Shown: positions 41,350 through 53,439, counted from the whole stretch's first letter. The stretch: DNA of 63,946 nt, filler included, from Octopus bimaculoides (GCF_001194135.2; 6 parts of 4 records of this genome joined end to end with filler, not necessarily neighbours in it); one strand, 5' to 3'. A program made the numbers and translations. Notes: a model not told the origin generated them from the letters alone.

Positions 41350-41393
<44 letters not shown>

Positions 41394-41566
41394 NNNNNNN
41401 NNNNNNNNNNNNNNNNNNNNNNNNNNNNNNNNNNNNNTTAATTAATTAANNNNNNNNNNNNNNNNNNNNNNNNNNNNNNNNNNNNNNNNNNNNATATGTA
41501 TATATATATATATATATGTATATGGTAAATGAAAGACGGAAGATGGAATATACGAGAATTTTATTA

Positions 41567-41654
41567 ATCACAACAATTTTGACACTTCACGGGTGGGACA
41601 CTTAACAACTGTCTCAGGAGCATCCGGCGGTGCAGATGTGTCTCATCAGGTGAT
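41567..41654 (-). ncRNA. Decayed hammerhead-like motif with a ~55-nt insert in loop II
   Basis: ATCAC-CTGATGA-GACAC-[insert]-GTGTC-aAAA-ttg-TT-GTGAT; a related partial copy at 62057-62092 retains GAAA-CGATCG-TT-GTGAT. Confidence 0.55.
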
Positions 41655-41841
41655 AAATAAATACAACACGTTGAAATAACAGTTCCGCAATGTATCTTCT
41701 CATTTTGTAGAAAGAAAGGCAACAAAACGAAGAAAATATCTCCACTTATATAGAAGATGAAAAATAAAATCATAGATGCAAAAAAGAAACGAACACGCAA
41801 TGCAGCGAGAAAAGTATAAAAATAACCGTTACATATACATA

Positions 41842-42045
41842 TACCTGAGGGTGTGCTGAAAAGTTCCTGGCTTTGGGTTAAAGAAAAACAAGAGGATCGG
41901 TTAATTATGATCTTATTCAACGTATTCACATGGAGCGGTCTTTCAGTTTTTCTAAGCTCTCTAAAAGACCTCGGAATGTTGAGCCTCCAACTAGGCCTTT
42001 CACGATACCCTTAAAGTCAGGAACTTGTCAGTACGCCCCTTGCTA
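41842..42045. mobile_element. Mariner-derived MITE
   Basis: Ends gagggtgtgctgaaaagttcctggcttt / aaagtcaggaacttgtcagtacgcccct; TA-flanked. Confidence 0.75.
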
Positions 42046-42051
42046 TATATA

Positions 42052-42564
42052 TACTGAGTGTGATAAATTGAATATTAATTTAATTAACATCAATTTAAAA
42101 CCAGTGGCCTAGCATATAAAAAAAAATCTGAAAATTCAGAAAAATTGTATTACATGCGTATAACAAGGGATGACCACTAAGTGGACATCCGATATGCTAG
42201 AAAAAGATCACCTACGATCTAACCACAAATAAAAGAAAGTTCTCCAGAAAAAATTCAGCAAACACCAGAACATAAACGGGCAAGACAAATGAAAATATAC
42301 AAAATAAAGAATTAATCGTAGACCGGGTTTCGCCATTAACTCTTTTTTATTTACGTAAAAACGTCAGTGGCTCGTCAGTACGACCGTTCTAATTCAATAT
42401 AATTGCAGCACTATACACGAATTGTCTTCATAAAGTTTGACGTGCACTTCTACCGATTACATTGGGGTTATTTTCAAATATCTCAGCTAGATTTTTTTAT
42501 ATGCTAGGCCACTGGTCTTAAATTGATGTTAATTAAATTAATATTCAATTTATCACCCTCAGTA
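42052..42564. mobile_element. MITE with ~80-bp TIRs and TA flanks
   Basis: TActgagtgtgataaattgaatattaatttaattaacatc.. versus ..gatgttaattaaattaatattcaatttatcaccctcagTA. Confidence 0.85.
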
Positions 42565-42943
42565 TATAAATATAAATTTTAAATAATTATGTTCTCTAAC
42601 AGGCAACATCCACTGCAGTGAATTATCTTCTGCAGAAATGTTTCCGGGATTTAGCGCGCCAGAGCTGAGACATTTGAAAATAACCCCAATGTAATCGGTA
42701 GAACTGTACGCACGTCAAACTTTATGAAGACAATTCGTGTATAGTTCTGCAAATTATATTGAATTAGAACGGTCGTACTGACGAGCCACTGACGTTTTTC
42801 CGTAAGTAAAAAAGAGTTAATGGCGAAACCCAGTCTATGATTAATTCTTTATTTTGTATATTTTCATTTGTCTTGCTCGCTTATGTTCTGGTGTTTACTG
42901 AATTTTTTCTTGAGAACATTCTTTTCTTTATGGTTAGATCGTA
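42213..42943. repeat. Inverted repeat (arms 42213-42488 and 42663-42943)
   Basis: gtggctcgtcagtacgaccgttctaattc versus gaattagaacggtcgtactgacgagccac. Confidence 0.92.
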
Positions 42944-43672
42944 NNNNNNNNNNNNNNNNNNNNNNNNNNNNNNNNNNNNNNNNNNNNNNNNNNNNNNNNN
43001 NNNNNNNNNNNNNNNNNNNNNNNNNNNNNNNNNNNNNNNNNNNNNNNNNNNNNNNNNNNNNNNNNNNNNNNNNNNNNNNNATATATATATATATATATAT
43101 ATAAAACAAATAATAAATAAATATATGCATATATACGTACAGGTATGTGCATACCTACGTCTACCTGTATATATAGGTGCATATCTGTGTACAGGATATT
43201 GCAAACGAAACGTAGACAAAAAAATAATAATAACCAGAGTACAGAACACACACAGGCCACATAGAGAACATATTCCTTCATCAGCTACCCCCATTCTAAC
43301 ACAAGCGTTTCGACGATGGTTTTCTTGCAGTTTCTATTTATCAAATCTATTCACAGAGATATGGTCGGATCGGGGCTATATTAGAAGCCCTAGGTGCCAC
43401 GCAGTGGGACTGAACACAAGACCACATGGTCGGGTAGCAAGTTTCTTAACTATACAGCCATGCTTGCGCCTATTATTAGAAAAGTTTTCTTTAACGTTTA
43501 GTCTTATAGGTAGTGTTTATCGCTACTTTGACGTGGCTGTCCTTCAAGAGACGACGATACTGCTATTTTAATCCCAGGAAGACATCTCCTCCAACTGGTT
43601 TATTCAGAGTGCTTTTGCACCCGATATTTATTGCAAGAGGGAGATAATTCCTACCATCCAAGGTTAGAAACT

Positions 43673-43715
43673 ACCAGACCACGTAATTTCGATCTTATTG
43701 GTTCTCTTCGGTGGT
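43673..43715 (-). ncRNA. Hammerhead-like motif, C4 variant
   Basis: ACCA-CCGAAGA-gaac-CAATAA-gatc-GAAA-ttacgtgg-TC-TGGT; GUC cleavage triplet, near-palindromic stem III. Confidence 0.55.
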
Positions 43716-43959
43716 GGGCATTCGTTTGCCAGGAATAGCACTAGTCTAAACACGCTTGCAATATATAGAAAATACAGTCTTATAGTTTATAGGGGATTAT
43801 TTTTCTTGCTATTGATCGTTAAAAATAGGCCGAAACTCGACCAGATTGCGGTTTAACGTCAGTAGTTCTTTTGGGGGTATACAAGTAAAACGACATTGCT
43901 AGTTAGAAGGAAGACGTTCACTAAATTTATCAGTTTGCTAAATATGGTGGTCTGATTTA

Positions 43960-44155
43960 GGCACAAAACTAGCAGTTTTTAAGGGAGCGGTTAGTCGATC
44001 CAGTGATTTATTGGTCCTTTATTTTATCGATCCCGAAAGGATGGAAGGTAAGGCTGACATCGGCGGGATTTGAACTCAAAATGTGAAAAGCTAGGAAAAT
44101 GCACAAATGCTTTGCGACATCTTTCTAGATAACCTGGCGCTTCTGCCAGCTCGCT
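43960..44155 (-). mobile_element. SINE family A
   Basis: Reverse complement of the consensus. Confidence 0.75.
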
Positions 44156-45755
44156 ATTCTCCCGTGTACTAAATATAATATTTGAAAAAAGATGTTTTAG
44201 CACAGCTGTTTTGGTGCCGCTAATTTGGGTCACTGATTCAACGCTAACTCATTTAATATCAAATATTTTAATGCTTCTTTTATTCTTTCACTCTCTGTCT
44301 CTCTGTCTCTGTTTCTGTCTCTCTGTCTCTGTTTTTGTCTCTGTCTCTGTCTGTCTCTCTCTGTCTCTCTCTCTCTGTTTATATGTGTGGCCATATTTCT
44401 CTTTATGTGTATGAAAAGTGTTGGTGGGAGAGCGAAAGAGAAAGGAAGAGGGGGATGATGAAGGTTATGGCTTAGATGCCCTGGCGCTTCAGCCAGCTCG
44501 CTATCCTCCCAGTGTACTAAATATAGTATTTAAAAAAAGACGTTTTAGCACAGGCATTTCAGTGCAAGGGCTTTACAGGATTTACTGTTATGAGCTGTAC
44601 CAGGGTTCGAGTATTGATTTGCTGGGCAGCAGAGGCTGGTTGATGTGACAAGCAACATTGGAGGAAGTACTCAGTAGGGTATTCTAATGCAGTACCGGTC
44701 AGAAGGATGGAAATGCGTGAGCATATCTCTATGTATATGAATTGCAATGTCATTTCCTCTCTCTCTTGCTCTGTCCCTCTCTCTTTCTCTGTCTCCCCTC
44801 TCTCTCCCCATCTGCTCCTCTCCCTCTCCTCCTTCTCTATCTATATGTGAATATTTCTGAAAGCGTATGCCTACCTGTGTGCATGCATTTACTTCCAGTG
44901 CCAAAATGTACTGTCGCTAAAATAGGTTCTATGTCCAGTCAGTCGTTCCAAATCATTAGCGCCTAAACAGCTGCGCCCAATTGTCTCACTCTGTAAAAAA
45001 GAGGTACAGTTACTAATTTAGGAACATTGATACGTATAATGTCACTTCTCATGCAAAACTGTTTGATCTTTATTTCTTCAACTTTAAATCATTTAAAATT
45101 GCTTTTCAATAATTCATTAAAGTTTGAACGTCTTTCAGAAAATAAATTATTTACAACAAAGAAAAATACTTCCCAAAGAGTGTGAATGTGCAAGTCATTT
45201 ATAGTATAATCGTTCAATAAATAAAAGTAAAGTCCCAAAATGAATAAACAAATAAAATAAGTCGACAAAAGAAACAAGCCTCAAAACAAAAATACAAGTA
45301 AAAAAAAAATACAATTATATTAAGAATTAACTTGTTAACACATAAAACGAAGTCAAGACAAGACAAAGAACATTTGCTCATTCGTTTAATACGTTATCTA
45401 CAGCAATGTTAATTCAGTGTGAAGAGAACAAAGGAGAGTATTAATCAGTGTGCAGTTATGTAATTACTGATGCCAAGAACAAAATTATTGAGTATTTTGA
45501 TTTCGACAGTCTTATACTAGCTTGAGATTTAAGTGACACAATAAATAAACGAAATCAATAAAAAGCAGCGTCGCAGACTTGCAAGAAGAGAAAGAAAAAG
45601 AAATCACCATCATAAATATAGAAAGTGAAAACAGAAATAAATCAGAACAATAAAAAATAAAACTTAAAAATACAAAATGATCAGTCTTTTTGTTTTTCTT
45701 TTGTAATGAATCTGTGTACAAGTTTACAAAAAATCCTGCGTATATTTCATTATAT

Positions 45756-45817
45756 TTAGTTTGCAACTTTCCGTTTACATGTTCGAATCTTTTGCCATCC
45801 TTCAGTTTGGGAAATTT
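45756..45817 (-). CDS. Possible terminal exon of the same gene
   Basis: Acceptor aatcttcctttgaAG|; the phase-1 join gives (E)ISQTEGWQKIRTCKRKVAN*. Weak support only. Confidence 0.25.
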
Positions 45818-45879
45818 CTTCAAAGGAAGATTAACATTGTGCTAATATTCGATATATGTTAATATCCCTTCAGCAGCAG

Positions 45880-46095
45880 GCGGCGGGCTGGCAGAATCGT
45901 TAGCACAACGGGCAAAATGCTTAGAGGCATTTCGTTCGCCTTTACATTCTGAGTTCAAATACCGCTGGCGTCGATTTCGCCTTTCATCATTTCGAGGTCG
46001 ATAAAATAAGTACCAGTTGACACTGGGGTTGAAGTAATCGACTAATCCCAATCACTTGAAATTACTGGCCTTGTGCCAAAATTTGAAACCAATAT
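45880..46095 (+). mobile_element. SINE family A (short-tail form ending ccaaaatttgaaacc)
   Basis: Match to the other copies. Confidence 0.85.
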
Positions 46096-47805
46096 TCATT
46101 GTGTAGCCAGCCAAATGGCAAACTTTTTAGAGTGTCGGACAGCGTGCTTTGCAATAATCCCTCCCGCTCTCTCTTCAAATCTCGTTGGGGTCAAACTTGC
46201 TTTTCATCGTTTCGTGGGTTCAATAAAATTGTACTGGGTCGATTCCTCTCTGTCTTTCTCTCAGAAAGAAATCTTCTGTGGTCAGATCTTGATAGTGATG
46301 GGCTCCATCAGGCCTGAAATATGTTCAAGGAATATCGTACGCCATGTTAAAGTGACAGCCTATTGTGACATATGGCATGTCACATCAAGAAGATGAGAGC
46401 TCCTCAAGACGAAGTAATATACGTTGTGTATCAATAAAAGGGAAGAGTTGTCGATTAAACGACTCTGGTACATAAATAGGATATTTTCCTCACAACCCTG
46501 TCTGCATGAAAAGCAGAGGTAAATACAACGAATCGGGATTTGGGCTCAGAAAGCAGAAGGACAAAGCTATAAAATGCAAGGTGTTTAGGCTTGTATTTTA
46601 TCGTTTCTTTCATTCTGTCACTCACCAATTAAACAATAATTCAGGTTGTACTGAATTACCTGCTTGTCGCATCTCGCTTGGTATCTTGTAAAAAGCCGTA
46701 TCGTGAATCGCTCACACTGTGAATTATTGTATGAAGTGAAAAAATTACCAAACAATAGAATAAATTTTATGCTTCGACAAAAGATATATTCCAGTTTTAT
46801 TACTTGTATTATTATTATTTTTACCGATGCAGACCCTCACTGTTTCCCTCAGATTTTATTAATTCAATATTGTATGAGGTGTATTCTGTCAGTCTGGGAA
46901 TATCGCATTACTCTCACTATCCAGTTTATTTTTGCATTCCAGTGGTTACTGTTTAGTATAGGGTTAGGGTAGATCAAGCAAATATATAGTCAAATACGTT
47001 CTATCCGCGACCATTTCAACATTTTCATAGACATTGTATCTTGAATTACTTCATTCAATGTGTCCTATTTTAAAAGAAAAAGTGACTTGAGGGAAATTTG
47101 GTTCGTATTTCTATCATATTAACCCCTCTTGTGAGTCAGGATGCAGTAGATTTTTGTGGTGGTTAGGGCTATGATGGGTAACTTTGTTTTAGTTGAAAAC
47201 CGTCAGTTATTGTCCAGCTGTACTTCTCACTGACGGCGAGCATTCCAGTACAGTGTTTGGCAATGATCAGTGGAGCTAACCAATGCTATTCCACTTTGAC
47301 AAATATGCGTCTTTTAATGCTTTCTTTAAAACGAATGGCATTGTAGTAGACTTACAGGAAATCACGGATGTGTCTTAGTATATTTTGAGTGACTCTACAT
47401 TAATGGAAGGGGCCATGGCGGACGAATTTTGCTGGTGCAACGCAAGCGAAATTTGGTTAGCATTTGGATCGACAGCATGCATTCTTCTGTCACTGGTTCG
47501 TAGGCATTACGGGCTGAAGCTATTGGTGGATGAAACAATTACTTATAGCTCACAATCGACACATAGTCCTTTATAGTGCACACAATCGACAGTATACCTA
47601 TAAAATACAAACATCCAGCAACAGGCGTATACTATCCACAAGACACAGGCCTATTTGTGCAGTTAAGAAGCTTGCTTTGCAACCACCTGGTCTCAGGTCC
47701 AGTCCCTCTGCACAGCACCTTGGCCAAGTGTTTTCTAATATAGAAGTGTTTTCTCAATGCTTTCTAAGTGAATTTGGTAGGCAGAAGCTGTGTTGAAGCC
47801 CGTCG

Positions 47806-47880
<75 letters not shown>

Positions 47881-48659
47881 GTTTGTGTCTTTGTTTGTCC
47901 CCCACCACGTCGTTTGACAACCGGTGTTGGTTTATTTATATCCTGCAGCTCAGCGGCTCGTCGAAAGATATCGAGAGTTTACGCATACGACTTTAAAAAT
48001 GAGTAGTGGTCTCGATCTGTTCAAGGTAGTATTCCAAGATGGCTGCAGTCTAATGACTAAAGTAAGTAGAAAATAGCAACGTACATAGTTGACAACGATG
48101 CTGCACATATTCACCACCACTACCACCACCACCACAACCACCACCACCACCACCACCACCACCTCCAACAACAACAACAACAACAGCAGCAGCAACAACA
48201 ACAACAACAACAACAACAGTGACAACAACAACACCGACACATAAACAATACAGATTTTCTGAACCAACAAAATCTTATAGGTCACTTATACTACAAAATC
48301 TGGTTTATTGCTTCTATTGATTTATTTGTCTACTTGCACTGTCTATTTGTCTACTTGCATTGTCTATTTGTCTACCTGCATAGTCCGTCAACATCAACAC
48401 AAAAAGTTTAAACAGATAATAGCATGCTTAAAAAATTTGTATACATACACAGACACGTGTTTGTGTACGTGCACACAAACGCAATAGGTGAGTTAGAAAC
48501 CATGAAGTAAAAGTTTATAAAGAAACAAATATATCGTTGCTATTATGCAGAAGTGTCGTAAGTTCAAAGCTTTGCTTTTTCAGAAAACGAAAAAACAGTT
48601 TCTCCATTCCATAGCAAAACCATTGTACTACACTTTGACAATTCTTGATATCTTGATAC

Positions 48660-48723
48660 CTGTAGCAGCTGGAGATGCGATAGTTTGACCAAAAGAACCG
48701 GCTATTGCAAGCAAAAATAAATA
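48660..48723 (-). CDS. Predicted exon 2 of a secreted or membrane protein (signal-peptide h/c region)
   Basis: Minus-strand acceptor tgcattttttttttcAG| and donor ACAG|GTATCA; phase 0-1; encodes YLFLLAIAGSFGQTIASPAAT. No homology recognised. Confidence 0.5.
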
Positions 48724-48874
48724 CTGAAAAAAAAAATGCATTTGGCCAAATTTGGATATATGACAGTTTAACAAAATAGCATCGGTATGAAGTTAACAAA
48801 GTCATTGTATTAGTAAACAAGTTTCACTGTAGGTATTCACAAGCAAATATTCAAATGTTGCTCTACTTTCTCAC

Positions 48875-48898
48875 CATCCAAAACCACTTCTGGTCCAT
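48875..48898 (-). CDS. Predicted first coding exon of the same gene
   Basis: ttCCATGG start context; MDQKWFWM then ATG|GTGAGA donor. A 151-nt intron joins it in frame to the 48723 acceptor. Confidence 0.45.
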
Positions 48899-49201
48899 GG
48901 AACAAGTTTTGACTGGGCTATTATTTAAACGTGTTTGTAACACCTGTTTTTGATCAGTTTCCATATTTCTATACATTAATCATATATACTTATTTATGTT
49001 TCTGTCTTTCTGCAAAATATCTTGCGATTTTAGTTTTACAACTCACCATTTTTAATCGGATTAGTAACATTTTGAAGTAATAGAAAATGTTTTATCACTT
49101 TACTTCATGAGAAAGAAATGAAGTGTTAGCAATGTGTTTTCAATATTAGATTCTAATATTGAAAACACAGGCAAGTTGTGCTTTCAATATTAGATTTTGT
49201 G

Positions 49202-50680
49202 AAGGCGGCGAGCTGGCAGTATCCTTAGTATGCGGGAAAAAATGCCGCTAAGCATTTTACCCCTTTTAGGTCTGAGTTCAAATACCACCGAGGTTGTCAA
49301 CTTGGCCTTTCATCCTTACGGAGTCGATAAAATAAGTACCAGTTGAACACTGGGATCGATGTAATCGACTTATCCCCTCACCGGAATTTGCTGGCTTTGT
49401 GCCAAAATTTGAAACCAATATTAGATTTAGTGCGGGCAGTAGAGTGGCAGAGTCGTTAGAGCATCGGAAAAATGCTTCGCAGTATTTATTTCAGCTCTTT
49501 ATATCCAGAGTTCATGTCTGGCCGAGGTTATCCTTGACTTTCATCCTTTCAAGCTCAAATAGGTGTACTGGTTGACAAGTTCTGGGGATCGATACTGACG
49601 AATTAATCCCTAAACTCCTATTCTTTTGCCTAAATAAGAAATCAATGTTAGATTTTAAATTAAAACATGTTTCAGTTAAAAAACTAGAATTTTTATGGTT
49701 TTTGTTGTGTGTGTGTACGGATACAATTAAATGCAGCTGAAATAGATTAACGTATATGCCAAACGGTTGAAATATAACAATCTATGCTGCTAGCAAAGAA
49801 GTTAGAGTCAACAATATATTCTTACGCTTTAAGGCGGCAAGCAGGCCGAATCGTTAGCTCAACGGCCAAAATGCTTTGCGGCATTTCGACTATCTTTACG
49901 TTCTGAGTTCAAATTCAACCGAGGTCAACTTGGCCTTTCATCTTTTCGGAGTAGATAAAATAAGTACCAGTTGAGCACTGGGGTCGATGTAATCTTACCC
50001 AGGAAACAGTGAGGAACGCATGCACCAGGTTCCGGAGACGTTTTGAGGCCGTGATGGAAGCTGAGGGCGGGTACTTTGAATAAATTGTTATCTCTCAGCC
50101 TAAGGCTAGTTGATATGGTTTAACTTTTTAAAAATACTTTTAATTTTGGATAGGACGTTGTTTTCTTATCCTTTTATGCAAATTATCAAATTTAGCCCGA
50201 GCAACCCGTACACATACACACATGCACACATACACACACACACATATATGTATAGACACTCATATAAATTTACGTATATATGCATGCACACGCATACGTA
50301 CACGTGTGTGCAGATGAGGTTTTGTGTATCACTGTTTTTGTATGTCTGTCTAAATATGCATGTGACTCCCTCTTTCTCTTCCTGTATGAATGTGCGCTTG
50401 TCGGCATAAAAACCCATCACATCTTATGGAGACATACAATATATGTTAGGAGTTCAAGGCAGCGATCTGGCAGAAACGTTAGCACGACGCCGGGCGAAAT
50501 GCTTAGCGGTATTTCGTCTGTCTTTACGTCCCGATTTCAAATTCCACCGAGGTCGACTTTACTTTTCATCCTTTCGGGGTCGGTAAATTAAGTACCAGTT
50601 GCGTACTGAATCGATCTAATCGACTGGCCCCCTCCCTGAAAGTTTCGGGCCTTGCGCCTTGAGTAGAAAAGAATATATGT
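49202..50680 (+). mobile_element. Cluster of four co-oriented family A SINEs (about 49202, 49435, 49831, 50456)
   Basis: Repeated heads (ggc)ggcgagctggcag..ttagc and gagttcaaat boxes. Confidence 0.85.
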
Positions 50681-50954
50681 TAGGAGTTGACCTGTATCTG
50701 ATGTGAACCGTGTCGCATCAACATATAAGATATGAACTATAGAATATAAAACCACCCCAAAACCAAGCTGTTGACTAAGCTATCACATACTGAATAGAAA
50801 TTATGGATTCCAAAGAGAACATGGTTAATTACGAATTCCATTTGTTGATTTTATTATCCCCGATCATTAACTGTACCTACAAAATAAAACCACTTGAGCG
50901 TAAAGTCCCTAAATAGTTTAGTTTTTAATCTCCTTACAGACGAAAAATAATTAA

Positions 50955-51308
50955 TTCGTTTTATTGGCCACAAGGGCTAATATCAATTAAAAAAATATAA
51001 GGACAAAGACAGGACGAAGGTTACAAAAGGTTTTGTCCGAAAAGGTAGGAAAGTTCGTCTAAACAGAGGAAGAAAACGGAGAAAAGATATAATAAATAAA
51101 TAGATAAATAAATAAGTAGAACTCCCAAAGGGGGAGGCGCTTCGAAAAAGGAAAGGTTACACGTGGAAAAACCCATAAAACCACGGGAGCCTGGTCAGAA
51201 AAAATAAGAAAGGGGTATAGAGCCCTTTCTCCTTTTACATTACCTTTTTTTTTCTACAGGTGTATTCTCAGAATTGGTCCGTTTATACTGGCCATTCTTC
51301 CAACAGTC
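50955..51308 (-). mobile_element. 3' end of a Tx1/L1-like LINE (ORF2 end and 3' UTR)
   Basis: Minus strand reads TVGRMASINGPILRIHL* followed by a pyrimidine-rich UTR ending tagcccttgtggccaataaaacgaa; cut by an assembly join. The clade call is tentative. Confidence 0.55.
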
Positions 51309-53439
51309 NNNNNNNNNNNNNNNNNNNNNNNNNNNNNNNNNNNNNNNNNNNNTTAATTAATTAANNNNNNNNNNNNNNNNNNNNNNNNNNNNNNNNNNNN
51401 NNNNNNNNTTTTTTTTTTTTTTGCATATTCGTAACCTCTGACATCTAAAACGTAGGGACCCGGAAAATGTTTTTTCGAAAAATGCATTTTTCAAGGAGAG
51501 TTGCGAAACTGCATTAGCCTCCAATTATTTCATTATAATGTTCACTCCAAAGACATATTTTAATTATACAGGGGCGTCTATAACGTTTGTACTAGCGTGG
51601 GTCATTGTTCGCATCACGAAGGAAGACACACTGTGAGTATTGCCTTTCATACATTAAGTGTGAATATTTCTGTTTCTGAAGTGTTAACATTTGGATGATT
51701 AAATACTAAATGATATCCGATATGAAATCTTATGTTTTTTGGCTTTACTTCAAGATGTGTGTGTGCGNNNNNNNNNNNNNNNNNNNNNNNNNNNNNNNNN
51801 NNNNNNNNNNNNNNNNNNNNNNNNNNNNNNNNNNNNNNNNNNNNNNNNNNNNNNNNNNNNNNNNNNNNNNNNNNNNNNNNNNNNNNNNNNNNNNNNNNNN
51901 NNNNNNNNNNNNNAGGATGTGTCTCAACCGCGTAGGTTCGGGTTCAGTCCAGCTACGCGACACCAGCCACGGGTCAACTAATACCTTGGGAAGGAATTTG
52001 GTAGCGGAAACTATGTAGAAGCCCATTATGTGTGTGCGTGTAATGTGTTTGTATATGTATATATGTATGTCTGTACGGGTATATGTTTTCTGGTTTGTTC
52101 CCACTACTTGACAACTACAGGTTTGTTTATGCCCCCACAATTTGTGGATTTGGGCAAAAAGAGATCGATAGAATAAGTGCCAGACTTAATATAGGTACCT
52201 GGCTCGATTTCTTCCACTAAACTCGTCAAGGCACTGATACAGCAACGTCGCAATTCAATGACAAGGTAGAGACATAAAAGACCACGTAGAAACATAAAAG
52301 AATAAAGAATAAAGAAACATAAGAAACATAAAAGAATAAAAAATCTGTATGTGAGTTTGTGTGTGCATGTGTATATGTGTGCGCGCGCGCATTTCAAAAA
52401 AATAACATGAACATAATGTTAATGATACTTTAATATGTTCATTTTCTTGTTCTTTTCAATAATGCATATACAAGTGTACCCTTGTGCAACGCACGTACAT
52501 CCATCACTTATTCAAGAAACATCCATCACTTCTTCAAGAAATAGGGTCAATAGAGAAATATTAAAAACATATATTCACAATTTCGATCTTATAAAGAATG
52601 AAAATAATGAAGAAATAAAAATTGAAGAACAAAAATATGAAAGCCAGGAGGTGGAAGATTTACAAAAAGATGTCATAGATAAAATATCTCAGGTTACATG
52701 ACCATTGCGGATTTTTAGAACATATGTCAGTAGCATCAAGAAAAAAAGAAAAGTATGAAATATAACATAAAAGAAACGAATGATAAAGAGATAATAAACC
52801 CGACAAGCCGTCGACCACTTGAGAAAATAAGGAAGCAAATACACATGTACGTGTATACGAGTACATAAAATCATATAAACCTAGACTTCATGGCTCTAAT
52901 TTAAATTATTTATGCATACACAGCACATTGTATCGTTACGTGTGTGCGCGCATGCGTGCGTATGCGTGAACTGTTGCATTGTTTAGATATAGTAATTACA
53001 TTATTAGTGATAATAGTGTAACGTTAATTCCATATATTAATTACACACTATTTAATAATAGTATTATTAAATCTTATAATACTATTCCAGTTTCCCAGAT
53101 ATTGTAGATATTTCTCTAGACAAACTTCTGCAGGTCCACTTTGCTCAACTCCGTTGTAACTACCGCCAGAACCTGCAAGCATGCAGAAATAAAGTGAAAA
53201 ATGGCGAGAATATAAAGTGTCCAATTTAAGATGCTGCAACTCATACAATTCATTATTTATATTAAAGTGTAAAATATGGACCTAAGTGAGTTGAAAGCCT
53301 GGAGAAAGAAATCTGTCACACGTAATTGTTCACCCGCTTACATACGTATCATCAGTCACTCGAACAGAGCTGGGCTGAAGTTGCACAACAATCTCTCCAC
53401 ATTATATTTCATTTAAATACAGTCACTTATTGGTATGTT

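Noticed and set aside
44894-44984. Minus-strand acceptor/donor pair (SETIGRSCLGANDLERL..)
   Set aside because: The phase is incompatible with the predicted upstream exon (immediate stop) and there is no homology.
46960-46975. TAGGGTTAGGG telomere-like string
   Set aside because: Only about two units; expected by chance.
48320-48385. 21-bp unit repeated three times
   Set aside because: A minisatellite without spacers; not a CRISPR array.
51260-51308. Apparent + strand acceptor ttttctacAG
   Set aside because: It is the reverse complement of the LINE ORF end and 3' UTR; no recognisable exon follows.
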